64,000 nt of DNA, taken from NCBI GenBank assembly GCA_025786725.1, contig JAHLTZ010000009.1, positions 310,001 to 374,000 on the forward strand, written 5' to 3'. Origin of the DNA: Syncephalis fuscata S228. Its lineage: Eukaryota; Fungi; Zoopagomycota. Made by a program: the position numbers and the translations under genes. Below the pieces are notes generated by a model that saw nothing but the letters and a program-made list of their open reading frames with translations, was not told the DNA's origin and searched no databases. Positions 30,277 to 43,410 of the stretch are shown here, piece after piece. The number at the start of each line of letters is the position of its first letter. Position 1 is the stretch's first letter.

Positions 30277-31034
30277 AGACAAAGATGACGGGTACTATTG
30301 CAAGGAATTCTAATAATGACAATACCAAATAGGTGCCGATGCATTTTAACTAACTAGAGCCACCTTATAATGGCATTAATAGGATCCTAGAATTATTATT
30401 CTTTTTAAGTGACAATCATATCATTTTAGCATGTAATGGTATGAATAATTGTAATGCATGAAATAAAGTAAATTTTACTACAACATCAGTGACAAGCTGT
30501 TTAATATACCCAGTGCTGTTTGTTTGTTTGTTTCCTATATATGCTCGGTACTGTTTGTAAAAACGCATTGTTTAAAGCAATTACCATTTCCATCCAACAT
30601 AAAAGCACGTGTATATAGCGAAATGATGGTGAATAACCAACCACGTTTGTACCACTTGTATCCGACAACAAAGGTATACGCCGGTAATGTTATGACTGAA
30701 AATAGCAAGATTATCCTTTTGCCCGAGCTCTTTACCATGCGAGATCAAGTCAATGATTTGCATTTGGATGCATTTGGAAAATGTATAAACTGCTATATAA
30801 AAATGATCTTAGAAGCAGCATCAATCTGTATGGAAGGACATATACCTGTTATCATGCATGAGCCAGCATTACGGCACTACTCAAATACTCGGCTTTTTTT
30901 TCAGCTCCGTGTATTAGCCATTTTAAATTTCTATTCTCGTAAAGTTCATATATCATTTATATATATATTATTGCTGTTTTATTAGTACAATTTACGCTGT
31001 AAATCTAACAATTTTATACGAAACTATAATCTAA

Positions 31035-32041
31035 ATGGCGGACTTGAAAGAAGAATGGAAGCAAAACGCCACTAGTATATTAGGAATTCGACTCCATCCA
31101 TTGGGCGAAATATCCTTGCCAGACTTCGTCCTAGAGTCGGCAGACGATCGGGAGTTGACGCATATAAAGCTGACTGGTATTTACCGCCAGCTTATATTTA
31201 ATTTGCTCGCAGCACATTTGTTTGTATACAATTCTTGTCTTGCTTTTAAGATGATACTGGCTCAGCGACGCTCTTTTCCCGGATGGCTTTGCTTAATTCC
31301 TGCGGTGATGGGGATGGGAGCGGGTCTTTTAGCGGCACTATCCATATTTCCTACTGGGCTGAATTGCCGCAAAATATCATGGTATGTTGGGTGGCCATGA
31401 TCGCATCGGTGTTTTGCAATAATCTCCTTGTATTGCAAAAAGCCTACCTGGTGCTATGTCGGAAACGCTGGGTATTGGTAATTGGGCTAGGATGTAGCGT
31501 ACCACAATTACTTCCTATGTACTTTGGATGGGCTTCTAGTCCCGTCACCATCAAGGCTGACACCGGATGTATTGTCCACTACTCGTATCAGTTTCCCTGG
31601 TACTGGTTTGGATTAACAGCACCTATCAATGCATTCTTCTCTGCTATATTTGCCCATGTGGCATATAAACAATATCGCACATTTGGATCTGATGCATGGA
31701 AGCGTTTAACGCGCGATGGTATTCGAACGATGTGTCTTGTAGTGCTGTGCAACATTTTCTGCGCTACTGGAATTATTATAAAACTAGGTGGCATGTTTTC
31801 AGAAATGTTTTTACTTGTCGATTGGTGAGTGGTAAATAATTATACTAATTAAATAGCTAATATAAAACATAGGCTTTTTACGTCAACTATTCTTGTAAAT
31901 CATTGCTATAGTATGCGCAAAGCAATTGCACTGTCGAATCGCCCGAAAACCGAGAATATGTTGCGCATAACTATTAACGGCGGAGAAAATCGGCCCAGCG
32001 ACGAGCATACATTTATCAATCATTCGGCGCAAACACGCTAA
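31035..32041 (+). CDS. 7TM/GPCR-like family member with a 1-nt frameshift at 31389-31391 (pseudogene or sequence error)
   Basis: WKQNATSILGIRLHPLGE..KISWYVG, then in the shifted frame VAMIASVFCNNLLVLQKAY..RDGIRTMCL..VDW; intron; last exon to TAA 32041. Confidence 0.8.
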
Positions 32042-32372
32042 AAAGCATAATCCGATTAATCAAAAATGACTTGGCTAATCGTCGAATATGTTTTATATGA
32101 TAATAATATCTACAAAACACCATGCATTAGATGTATATGTACATAATAAATTATTTATTTTGTTATTCTGCAATATTTGATATCAGTGCAATTCTATTCG
32201 GCCCGAAATTACTGGTTGGTTAACTATCACTTTGACTCCCACATTTTGCGTTTCAAAGCAGCAAATCATTTTACACAATCAATTGTAGTGATTTAAATAG
32301 TTGACGAGTTGATTAGATTAATTGTGTTTAAATGATCATTTACAATAAATATTAACGTAATGTAATAATATT

Positions 32373-33070
32373 ATCATTTCCATAGAATAAAATTGATTGT
32401 AACAGAACATTGTATTAGTAGTTGCTATTTTAAGCATTTAAATAAAGAATGTAACATACTATTTGATTTCATTGAAATTCACAAGGCCTATCATTATTGT
32501 TGTTGGCCATGCGTAGAAATATTAATCAAATATTAATAAAAGCCATTGATTGCAATTCCATGTCGTTTTGCTGTTGTTGTTGTTGTTGTTACTACGTACA
32601 GTGTGGCTTTTTTGAATCTAACTGCTCTTTTCTATTTTCTAATATTCTACTGTTGCACTTTGGACATATTTGCGATGTAAAATACTCGTCTATGGTGGCA
32701 AAAAGATAGGAAGACTAGCGTTTCTGATGTTCACCATTGTCTTGAGGATTCTTGGTATTAACTTGGTAGGCACAGTTTATTTATCGACCATCGATAAAGC
32801 AAATGGCCTCCACCATATGCAATAGTGATAGGTTAAGCTTATTTACCAAAGTATACGGCATGCCGTTGATGCCACTTGAACAGGTGTTGATGTAAAATAA
32901 GATAAATAAAGAGATTGATAATGTTTTTTATTGATGTTCAAATATGCATGCTATCCATATTGGTATAGTTGGTATTATCACATAATATATTACTGAATAA
33001 AAAAATAAGATAGCAATAAGAAAAGGTGGTGAAATGAGTAAATAAAAATGTGGAAGTCAAAGTAAAAATG
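32373..33070 (+). repeat. Dispersed AT-rich repeat, copy A
   Basis: Near-identical to 36667-37265 (ttgttggccatgcgtagaaatattaatcaaatatt...gccacttgaacaggtgtt); degenerate inverted copy at 37790-38355. Confidence 0.85.
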
Positions 33071-34172
33071 ATTTGATCATGTAAACATTACGCGCTCAAT
33101 CCAATGTTTTGTTTTATTGTAATATATAGCTATAATCTTTTATTAATGACTAATAAATAAATAAATCTGTTTTTCTATTATTGCAATAATGTATAATATC
33201 AGCTGCTTACTCTGATAGATAATTAAATTAAGCTTTGTAATACTTGGTTTAGTCTGTGGTCGTATAAATATAAGTATATATGGTTACAATGGAGTGTAAA
33301 TATTCATCCGTACAAACAACCAGCATTATAAATTATAATGACAATAATAAGCTATTTAACTACTAAACTCGTTAATTCAATTTTATTTACATCTATCTGT
33401 TTTCTGTGTGTTATTTTGGTTTAACGTTGCTGCTGTTATGGTCGCATCAGCAACAGCCAACTTTTGATAAATTTAGTCTAGTTTAGCATAACTATAATAA
33501 TTTGCTATAAGTTAAACCAGTAAATCTTTAAGTTGCTAATTGTTTTTCTATTGGTTTCTGCTTTGGCTTGTTTTTCTACATTCTATCCTGCTTAACTTGT
33601 CAAAAGTGGTTTCAGAAATTTAAGCAGCAGTTAGGCCTTGGATGATTACCAATTGATACGCAATCCATTGACATTATGCATTCAAAATTGCCGATATTTG
33701 CCGAGCTATTTGATGTGTCTAGTCTAGTTTTTGTATATTTTATTGTATAGAATTTAGCTGATGCAATATATTTACAGCTGAAAACCGATGACGAAAATAA
33801 CTTGTTGGAATGTTCCATTGCTCAAACCTCTGCAATGCATCATGATACAAACGGCAATTATTGTATAGTCGATTCCGGGTGCTTTAGATTGGCTGTCTTT
33901 GACTGCTGGTGGTTGCACAGTCTGTTACATGTTGTACCTGGATGTAATGCATTTGTGAATAAGACAATAATTGCCCCATAACAATGGGCATAGTGTCGAA
34001 TGAAATGCATACATGTACCAATCAATACATTTTATAATTTAAGGAATCACAACTGGCTTATGTGTGGCAGTAAAAACCCGTATAAAATACCAGTTTGATA
34101 CGATAAACTTGTTTTTGTGGCAATGTTGTAAGCTACTTGTATGTATGTAAATATTGGGACCCGAGTTGCTCG

Positions 34173-34694
34173 GTGGAAGTGACAGCAAATACATCATTAT
34201 TGTTTTACAAAACCAAACAATATACCTGTTTTTACCAAATAGTTAAATTGTGTAACAAAAATACAAGCGAATATGTTTATTTTTATCATATATACTGGAT
34301 TATGAGCACTGCTAAAGTACTCGTGCAAATAAATAAGAGCTTGAAGTAAAGACCGGGCAGGTTGTGCGCTGTTTAGTATGCATATAGATATTAAGGGCCG
34401 AATCGGTAGGAATGGCGGCAAAAATATCATTATTGTTTTACAAAACCAAGCAATATGCTTGCTTTTACCAAATAGTTAGACCGTGTAACGAAAATACAGG
34501 CGAATATGTCTATTTTTATCATATGTACTGGATTATAAACACCGTTGCAGTACTCGTGCAAATAAATAGCAGATTGAAGTAAAGACCGGGCAGGTTATGC
34601 ACTATTTTGTATGCATGCGGATATTGAAGACCGAATCATTAAGTGGAAGTGACAGCAAAGACATCATTATTGTTTTATAAAGCCAAACAATATA
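34173..34694 (+). repeat. ~235-bp tandem repeat, ~2.2 copies
   Basis: Unit gtggaagtgacagcaaa..catcattattgttttacaaaacc..gtactcgtgcaaataaata..ttgaagtaaagaccgggcaggtt recurs at ~34173, ~34406 and ~34643. Confidence 0.85.
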
Positions 34695-34798
34695 GATCAT
34701 CACACTCTACTTCTTGCTAAACACGCACTACTTTCCACTCTCTACCAGCCACACTTTACGATCTCTTTTATTTGTTTGTCTTACAAATCAATATCATT

Positions 34799-34999
34799 AT
34801 GAAGCTTTCTATTGCCGCTGTTTGCACTATTGTCGTAGCTCTTGTAGCCAGTACAGCTATGGTGGATGCTAAACCAGCCTTAATTCGTCGTGATTACGAT
34901 AGCTGCATGTTTGAATGTCGCATGGGTTGTTCCTATCCTGATTATGGAATGATTTGCAAAACCGTTTGCGACAGAGAATGCCGCCGTGCTAACCCATAA
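34799..34999 (+). CDS. Intronless secreted 6-Cys peptide precursor (CxxxCxxxC-x8-CxxxCxxxC); paralogue of the micro-exon gene
   Basis: MKLSIAAVCTIVVALVASTAMVDA-KPALIRR-DYDSCMFECRMGCSYPDYGMICKTVCDRECRRANP*; AATAAA at 35240-35245. Confidence 0.88.
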   Translation: MKLSIAAVCTIVVALVASTAMVDAKPALIRRDYDSCMFECRMGCSYPDYGMICKTVCDRECRRANP

Positions 35000-36666
35000 A
35001 CTCGTAACCCATAACCATAAAAGGATTAGCATTGGTAGTGCAATCAAGCCACTATTTCAATACACTTTAGATATATATTCGGTGAAAAGCAAGACCATTT
35101 GACAACTACGCCGTCTAGTATATCTATATATTAATTTTTGGCCAATGCTCCGGTTTATCCAGTCTCTAATCAATGGAATCATTGTTTTATCAACAAACTT
35201 GCATCTAGTTGTTTTTATTCAACTGTGCAAGCTTATAGTAATAAACTTATGGTTTCATCTTAACTATATACAATCAAATTGATATATCTATAATTATATC
35301 ATGTAAGCTATAAACATCGATTGGTATGGATAGTAGCAAAGCTATCATTATCATATAGCCAAATAATATTATACTGAAATTAGAGTAAATACGCTTTTTA
35401 ATAAAACATGGCAATAAAGCATACAATATTATAAACAAAATAAATAGACAAAACGAATACGTGAATAGTGATAGTGAAACTATACTGTATGCAATTAGCC
35501 AATAGTAATGAACGAAATGGATCAAAATCTGCTAAAATAATACAGTTAGCAATAAACTTTTAGCTTTTATTAGTATAGTTTTTACAATTTACAATATTAA
35601 TAATATAGACGGACATATAGTATATGTATAAAGGATAGATATGTACAGTACAATAATAATGATAAATAAATAGCTTAATAATCAATGACACTCAACAGCC
35701 AGTTTTATCTTCAATAACACAAATATTTAGTTTAAATGTGTGGCTATTATAGCTATTTAACTGCCAAATCACACTAAACAACCAATAGCATGCTCAATAT
35801 TGTGGAAAAAGTTATCTTTATTTAGTTAATAAAATATTATAAGATTTAATACAAATCAAGTGGTTTAAATGATCCGTCATAACACCCTTTTAAGCTTCTT
35901 TCGCCATGTCCCACAACTCTTTTTAAATTAGAACATTGGAGCGACTACTGCAATGTTTAAAAATGAACGTTACGAGTAGATTGTTCTAGTTTATCAATGA
36001 CAAATGCCATGTTGGCGGTTTTATTTTGCACATCTTCACTCTTGCTTGATACACCAGCTAATTAATTTAAGTTGATCAAAGCAATAATACATTCATGTAA
36101 TTTGAAATTGTTTAATTGCTAAATCTGATATTTAAAACGCTCTAGATAAACCAGTATAATTTTATTTGTTGATTAAATTTTAAATTTAAAAATATTTATT
36201 AATTATATCATTTTTGTTTGCATTACACTTTATTGAATAAATTTAAACTGCTAATGAAACAGCTATTAAAATAAATAAAAAACAGTTATTTCAATATTAA
36301 CTACTAGTCCAATATCATTAGTGTTAATCCTTACATAGCATGTTTTTGTAATGTATTTTTGAGTTGTATTTGCCACAAGTATATTGTTGAAAGTCTTTTA
36401 ACAAATAAAATACAATTTGCATTGCTGTTGATATTACTATAATCAACTAAATTATGTAAATAAGCAAAATTTTAAATTAAAATTTGTTGCATTATTTAAA
36501 AAAATCTTATTAGGCATTTTTAGCTTTTTCAGAATTCTCAATTTTACTTTAACTCTTATATTTTGAGTCTTCAAAGCAAACCTGGTTTTAATTGAAAATA
36601 TGCTGTTATGTACAAAAAACATAGCCATAGTTTTTCATTTAAAGACTTTAAAATTTATAAGGTTAG

Positions 36667-37265
36667 TTATTGTTGTTGTTGGCCATGCGTAGAAATATTA
36701 ATCAAATATTAATAAAAGCCATTGATCGCAATTCCATGTCGTTTTGCAGTTGTTGTTGTTGTTGTTACTACGTACAGTGTGGCTTTTTTGAATCTAACTG
36801 CTCTTTTCTATTTTCTAATATTCTACTGTTGCACTTTGGACATATTTGCAATGTAAAATACTCGTCTATGGTGGCAAAAAGATAGGAAGACTAGCGTTTC
36901 TGATGTTCACCATTGTCATGAGATTCTTGGTATTAACTTGGTAGATGCAAATTATTTACCGGCCATCGATAAAGCAAATGGCTTCCACCATATGCAATAG
37001 TGATAGGTTAAGCTTATTTACCAAAGTATACGGCATGCCGTTGATGCCACTTGAACAGGTGTTAATGTAAAATAATAAAAATAAAGACTAGGGATTAAAT
37101 AATGTTCTTTATTAATATTCAAATACACGTGTTATTTATATTGTTATATTCAACATTATTATATAATATATTACTAAATAAAATATTTAAAAAAAGATAA
37201 GACGATAAGATAGCGATAACAAAAAAATAGTGAAATGAGTAAATAAAAATGGAGTGTCAAAGCAA
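36667..37265 (+). repeat. Dispersed AT-rich repeat, copy B (direct)
   Basis: Near-identical to ~32493-33070. Confidence 0.85.
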
Positions 37266-37789
37266 AGTAGCTTTTACTGGTTAATTGGGCGTCTGCTAGA
37301 GCTGTACCGATTTAAAACTATCTTAATGCAATAATTTGCATTTACTAGTGTATTTAATTGGTAATAACCTGTTTACTTGTATGTGGCTATTGACGAAAAT
37401 TTACCCCCCCCCCCCATAATAACGACCCATCAATCAGTTTTTATTACTGAGAATTGCTATTTGTTAAAGCAGTGTCATATCAACTCTGATTCAATTAATC
37501 AATATTAATTAATCTGCACTATTTTCAATATTTGATATTCGTGTTAATAAATATTATAGTATTTCATATCACTTACAATAAAATATAATAAATAAATAAA
37601 TGCTGATTTATATTATTGTTGTAGTAAATTATTTAAAGCATTATAGTTTGATTATTTAATATAACTCACCATTCAGTTCCATGTTTATTAGAATAACAAA
37701 TGTGTAGTTCAATCATGTAAAAGATGTCAATTTTGGTCTTTTGATACTTAATCCCATGAGTCTACTAATAAATTACTTAATATTAGTGA

Positions 37790-38355
37790 GTTATTTTACT
37801 TTTACTTTTCTATTTTTATTTATTCATTTCACTCCTCAACACAAATACAATTAAACACTCATTCATCACTATAACACGTATAATATCGCATCCAATATTA
37901 ACTAATTCATGTGTAATTATCAATACAATAATATAATTAATTAGTTATCTTTATTATTGCTCTAACATACATATATAGCCATTTATTTAGTCAGATTGGC
38001 TATAGGAAAATGGCTGTTTAATAAACGACATTTATAATAATTACATTAATATTGATCTTACATTACAAATATGCCCAAAATGTAATAGTAGAATAGTAGA
38101 AAATAAAACAGACCATTCAGATGCAATAATCCACGCTGTATGTAGCAACAATAACAACAACTGCGGAATGACATGAAATCACAATCATATGGCTTTTATT
38201 AATATTTTATCAATCTTTCTACACATGGCCAACAACAATAATCGGCCCCAAATGTTTTAAAGAAATCAAATAGTATGTTGCATTGTTTATTTAATGTTTA
38301 TATTATTACTAATATAATTTTTTGCTACATTTAATTTTATTTTATGGAAATGACA
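37790..38355 (-). repeat. Dispersed AT-rich repeat, copy C (inverted, degenerate)
   Basis: 38055-38355 is a reverse-complement match of ~32373-32685 (tttctacacatggccaacaacaataat; gaaatcaaatagtatgttgcatt). Confidence 0.7.
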
Positions 38356-39292
38356 TCTAGGAGTCTCAAAACTTCAAAGACCGCAATGGCTAGATTCTGT
38401 TTTATAAACTTGATGTTTCATTTGGATAAAGCAGTACAAGTCCACTTTATAGCTTATCTTTACAAAAATAGCTCCTTGGCGGAAATCAAAAGATTGTGGC
38501 GAGAGACGGTGCACTAAGTGAGGCCGATACAGTACTTTTAATAAGAGAATGAGAACTTGCAATTGTTTTGCATTTTTTTATTAAACAGCAGACCATGTGC
38601 CAATTAGGAAGAAACTGTCACAAGTACAGTCATTAATAATTGGAAATTGTTCCATGAACGCGGTGTAGCCTGATAGTTCCACGCTTTCAACTGGGTCCTA
38701 GTGCGACTTACTCAACCATTATACTCGACCATGGGCATAACAATACACAATATATATCGTCATATACACATTACTGGCGTAGTTGTATATTTAAGTTGCT
38801 AGTATGAACGCGCACAATAGACCAGTAATAGGCGGAATAAAACCTGTATAAGCAAGTTATTTTCTAGTTAGTGCTAACTGAAGTAGACTGGAATTTCAGG
38901 ATGCGACCGGATCGAACGAGAAAAAAAACGTGGTTACCTATTAACCAATGAACCTTACAATAGAATGTAACATGCAGATATAAAACATCATGTTCTGCTT
39001 GTGCAAAAGGCCTTGTTTAATGCAGCAATAAATGGCATGCATGCGCCAGCTCCCTCAGTATGTGTAAACCTGTCAGTGCTAGGCGGGGGCTTTTGCTTCA
39101 GCATAGAGTAAACGTAATCCTTTAAGTGAAAAGCCTAGTGTTGATAGATAGGCTGTTGCGCTGAAGTTTGATATCTACATGCAAGTAAACGGGTTTTTGG
39201 CCATGGTGCATTTATGTTCCTATATTATCTGTAGATTTCGAGTTTGCCATCCGAATTTACTTAATTTCACCATTTAACTGCCCACCTTTTAT

Positions 39293-39342
39293 TACCAGCA
39301 CTGACCACTCAATTTCATACCAGCACTGACCACTCAATTTCA
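39293..39342 (+). repeat. Exact 25-bp tandem duplication upstream of the 7TM gene
   Basis: taccagcactgaccactcaatttca x2. Confidence 0.9.
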
Positions 39343-39377
39343 TACGATTCTGTGTACACATCAAATATACTACAATT

Positions 39378-40320
39378 ATGGATATGATCGAAGACCTCGG
39401 ATACCATTCAGACTGGCGGCACAATGCCACGCGTCAATGGGGTATTCCGCTCCATCCAAGCGGCGAGTTATATTTGTACGATTACGCAGCCTTAAGAGAC
39501 GACAGACTGTCCACGCAACAACTACTATTAAGCATTTATTTCGAGTTATCTGTTGATTTAATGATGTCGACTTTGTTTGCACAAAACTTTTTTAAAGCTG
39601 CAGTTATGATTATTAGACAGCCAAACTTTCTTTCCGGGTGGTGTTGCATAATTCCCGCCTTTCTTGGAGCTGGCTGGGGAGTGGGTGTAGTTTTATATCT
39701 TCTTGGGCAAACAAGCTGTCGGCCTGTAGTTTGGTTCTTTGTTTTTGCTACTTCAATTTCCAGTATAAGCAACAACATAATCATACTGCAAAAAGCCTAT
39801 ATTGTTCTGATCAAGCAGAAGCTAATACTGGTTATTGGCGCTCTGTTTATGATACCGCAAATGGTATTTATGTTTGTTTTTCTATCCTCCTCCTGGGTCA
39901 CGACAAATGTTCAAGGAGGCTGTGCCATCCATTATGCTCCCTCAATACCTTACTACTGGTTTGCTTTAAGCATACCTATTAACGTCCTATTTTCAACGTT
40001 ATTTAGTTATGTGGCCTATAAGCAGTACACCACATTTGGAACTGAAGCCTGGAAACGACTGGCGCGCGAAGGCATACAAACGATGTGTCTGGTGGTAATT
40101 TGTAATATTATTTGTGCAACATGTCTTCTACTTGAAGTAGGAGGCCAATTTGTAGATATGTTTTTTGTCGCAGACTGGTAAGTATTTGACAAAATACTAT
40201 TAGATAATTGCTAATATTAGTAACAGGTTGATTACATCAACTATTTTGGTATATCATTGTAGTACAGCAAGGAAAAACGTGGTGCGTCAATATCAGTTGG
40301 GCGTTGCTAAAATTCACTAA
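39378..40320 (+). CDS. 7TM/GPCR-like membrane protein, lineage-expanded family
   Basis: WRHNATRQWGIPLHPSGE, GWCCIIP, LQKAY, FSYVAYKQYTTFGTEAWKRLAREGIQTMCL, FVADW; intron; TAA 40318-40320. Confidence 0.85.
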
Positions 40321-40968
40321 TTGCGTCAATAGCAAACAACATAACATTTATACTTTTGTTCTTTATTGGCTTTGCACTCGCTATACCGTTATGCTGGCAT
40401 AGGTGTAACAAGTAGCGGCAGGCATATTTTTACTGCACATGCAACTTAGCCGAACTAGCATTAAAAAAACTGAATTATTTATGTAAACATAGTAGATTGT
40501 TAAAAACTAGTATAAATAGTAAAATATTGAACTGGGTGTATAGTCCTGCAATAGAACTGATTTACTTTATGATGAAAATAAACTGGTATTATATTTTTTC
40601 GATAAAATAGTAATTAATATTGTCAAAAACTTTATTGTATTTATATTTATTTATAAATCTTATTTTCTAAAACGACGTAAATACTTGGTCAGATACATAT
40701 GAGATACTAATGTAATCGTGCTATGTGTATAATTTTGTTTAATTCTTTTCTTGGTAATTTAATGCTAGCAATTATAATCATTGAATACTATTAACATATG
40801 CCACTTTTTAGCAACATTTAAACTTTATCACATATGCAATCCATTATTTAAAGAGCAACAATAACATAAACGGTTTATCTTGGTATAATAAAGCTACTAC
40901 AGCTTGTTACATCACAACAAATTCGCAATAACTGATTGAAATAACCACTGAAACTAACAACATCATAG

Positions 40969-42896
40969 TTACAAAGACATGTCACGCACTGTATCAACTT
41001 CACCGTCCATCTGATCATCGTTATTAGCATGATGCTGGCTGACAGCATTACTGCGAACAATAACCGGCGCATCAGAGGGAAGAAAATCATAATCAGCATC
41101 GACCTCTTTTTGGGTATAATAATAAAATTGCATAAAAATAGTCATATCGAATATGAGTGTGCCACCACTTCCTATTAAGAACGGCAATGCATGCTTGATA
41201 TTTTCTACGGAAGTCGACCGCGCGAAAATAGAAGCAACATAGGTGAAGTTACCTATGGCGGCAAACATAAACATAAACACGGATAATCCCTAGACAAGTT
41301 AAATTATTACAATGATTGGTTGGAATAAATATCAAATTATCGCATTTCACTGCTTAGTGTTACAGATCATTACTTACTTCAGCCGATTGCCGTTTATACT
41401 GCACAGATATGGTAGAAATAAGTATGGGTGCTACTATTATAAATTAAAAACTTACATTTTTGTATATCTGTGGTATACGTGACGTTAAATAAAGAACCGT
41501 GCACGTCCAAGATATAATAATTCCAATATTATCACGTGTAAACCAGCGATCCATAAAGAAATCGGATTCGGTAGCCTGAGCAATAAATGCACGCCGTGTG
41601 AGATGTGACCATGACGTTGAAGTGCTATGGAATACAACGCCGCCATCTCCATTTGCTGATGTATCCAATCCGTTAGAAAACGGATCAATAAATTGGTAGA
41701 AAGCTAGAAATGACACAGCAAATAAAGTAGAGACACTAAATAACATTTCTACATTAGTAGCAATATAATGGTCCAATTATTAATGCTAAAATTACCTCTG
41801 GCGAATAGCCATACTATTACGTCGTGATGTTGTGTAATACGGCACTAGACTGGCGTCTTCAAGTAAAGGTGTATTTTCGGTCGATTTAGCATCATTTTCC
41901 GATTCACTCTCGCTACTAAGTGGCGGCAATCGATGGCTATGTACCGAATGAACCGATTCGATGCACTCTTCGTCCGCAGAGAGGATTGTTGGATCTGCCC
42001 CATACGCATGGTGCAAATGTTCCTCGGTATTTTGCCGTACTGCTTGCTCAACTTCATGCTGCGGTGCAAACCAAGCGCCATGGCTATCGACCGACCCAGT
42101 CAGACAGTAGCGACGACGCTGACGATGATGGCCGTGTTGATCGTGTGACATAGCCGCCGAATGGGAAGCACGCCGAGAAATACGCGAGGGTGTTGTGAAA
42201 TGCCTACGTCTACGTCGGTCCTTTCTACGATAGTAAAAGTATTGACATAGCAATGCCATATCAATCAGACAAAAATAAAGTGCCAAGAATATCTACTATT
42301 GTTAGTATGTACATAATCTCTCATATACGTAATTATGTAAGTATAATTAAATCAACTCACTTGAAAAGGCAATTGACGTGTTAATACCGAGCCGATGAAA
42401 TTGGTAATATCACCTACAAATGAATACAAATCAATGATACGTAATATATTTGTATAAACTGTTGTACTCACCCATTAGCCAATTGAATAGGAAGCGCAGA
42501 CTTAGCGAGGCCGCTGACTGGTTAAGATAGTTGGTATACAATTGACTAAAATCGTTATTAGCTACAGTTTGAATAGCATGATTTCATTGGGAACTTGCGG
42601 AACTTGAGCGGTTAACCAACTGAAGATAGAAAGATAGCCTAGCCAGATGGGTTTATAAATAAGCTACCTATCATTAATATAATGATACAACCCTGCTGAC
42701 TTACCAAACAGGTTGCTAGTGGCAATACGTGGATCCTCCACGCAAATATTCATCCAATCCTAAATGATAAAGTGCATTGAGATAGAACAATATAACCTGT
42801 TAGTACTCTATAGTTGTAGAAGCAGCGTCTTACATTGAGCCAAGCAAAGAAAGGGGAATAAGGCTCGCAGACATGTTCTGGCTTGGTAAAGTCCAT
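40969..42896 (-). CDS. PQ-loop repeat vacuolar/lysosomal amino-acid transporter (YPQ/PQLC2-like)
   Basis: LGYLSIFSWLTAQVPQLYTNY, WLMGDITNFIG, QLPFQ, YLTSRIPQIYKN, GNFTYVASI, LPFLIGSGGTLIFD. Confidence 0.9.
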
Positions 42897-43410
42897 ATTG
42901 ACCGCTATATTGCCAACAGCAATAGACTTATTGCCGTTGTATAACTCGAAACAATATAGAACCAAGCAACTATGGACAGGCAATACAAAATAATAAACGA
43001 ATAGTACCAATCGTACGCTATATAATAAGCCGACTATCGACGAACACAAAGTACAAACTGACTGATGACGTTTTAGTAGCGAGTAAAAGGATAGAGACGC
43101 CTTGCTGAAATGCCACTACTGTCACGGCTGCTGTTATTGCTGCTACAACAACAGGTGATAGTAATTGATAGTACGAATGAAAGAGCGAAAATAGAAAATA
43201 CTCAGTGGCCCATTTTGATATCAAGCCAATCAACGACCAATTCACATTGCTTATTGTTTAAGGAGGCAAAAATTTCGCACGACCTCTGTTTCTATTGCTA
43301 ACTGTATACGCTTTATTTTCTTTAATTCTACAACCGATAGTAGCATTAGTATACTTGTCGGCAGTATTTAGTTACTTATTCGTATATACGTATTTATATA
43401 TTTAAAAATT

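Noticed and set aside
30524-30985. 153-aa ORF upstream of a 7TM gene
   Set aside because: Non-ATG start, no recognisable motif, and it lies in the presumptive promoter region.
32497-32709. Poly-Cys ORFs (also 36670-36885) as metallothionein-like proteins
   Set aside because: The Cys run comes from a (TGT)n microsatellite inside a dispersed repeat, and the starts are non-ATG.
3940-39200. Possible shared promoter motif (AAxCxGGTTTTT-like) upstream of several 7TM genes
   Set aside because: The matches are short and inconsistent in orientation in AT-rich DNA; this cannot be supported without motif statistics.
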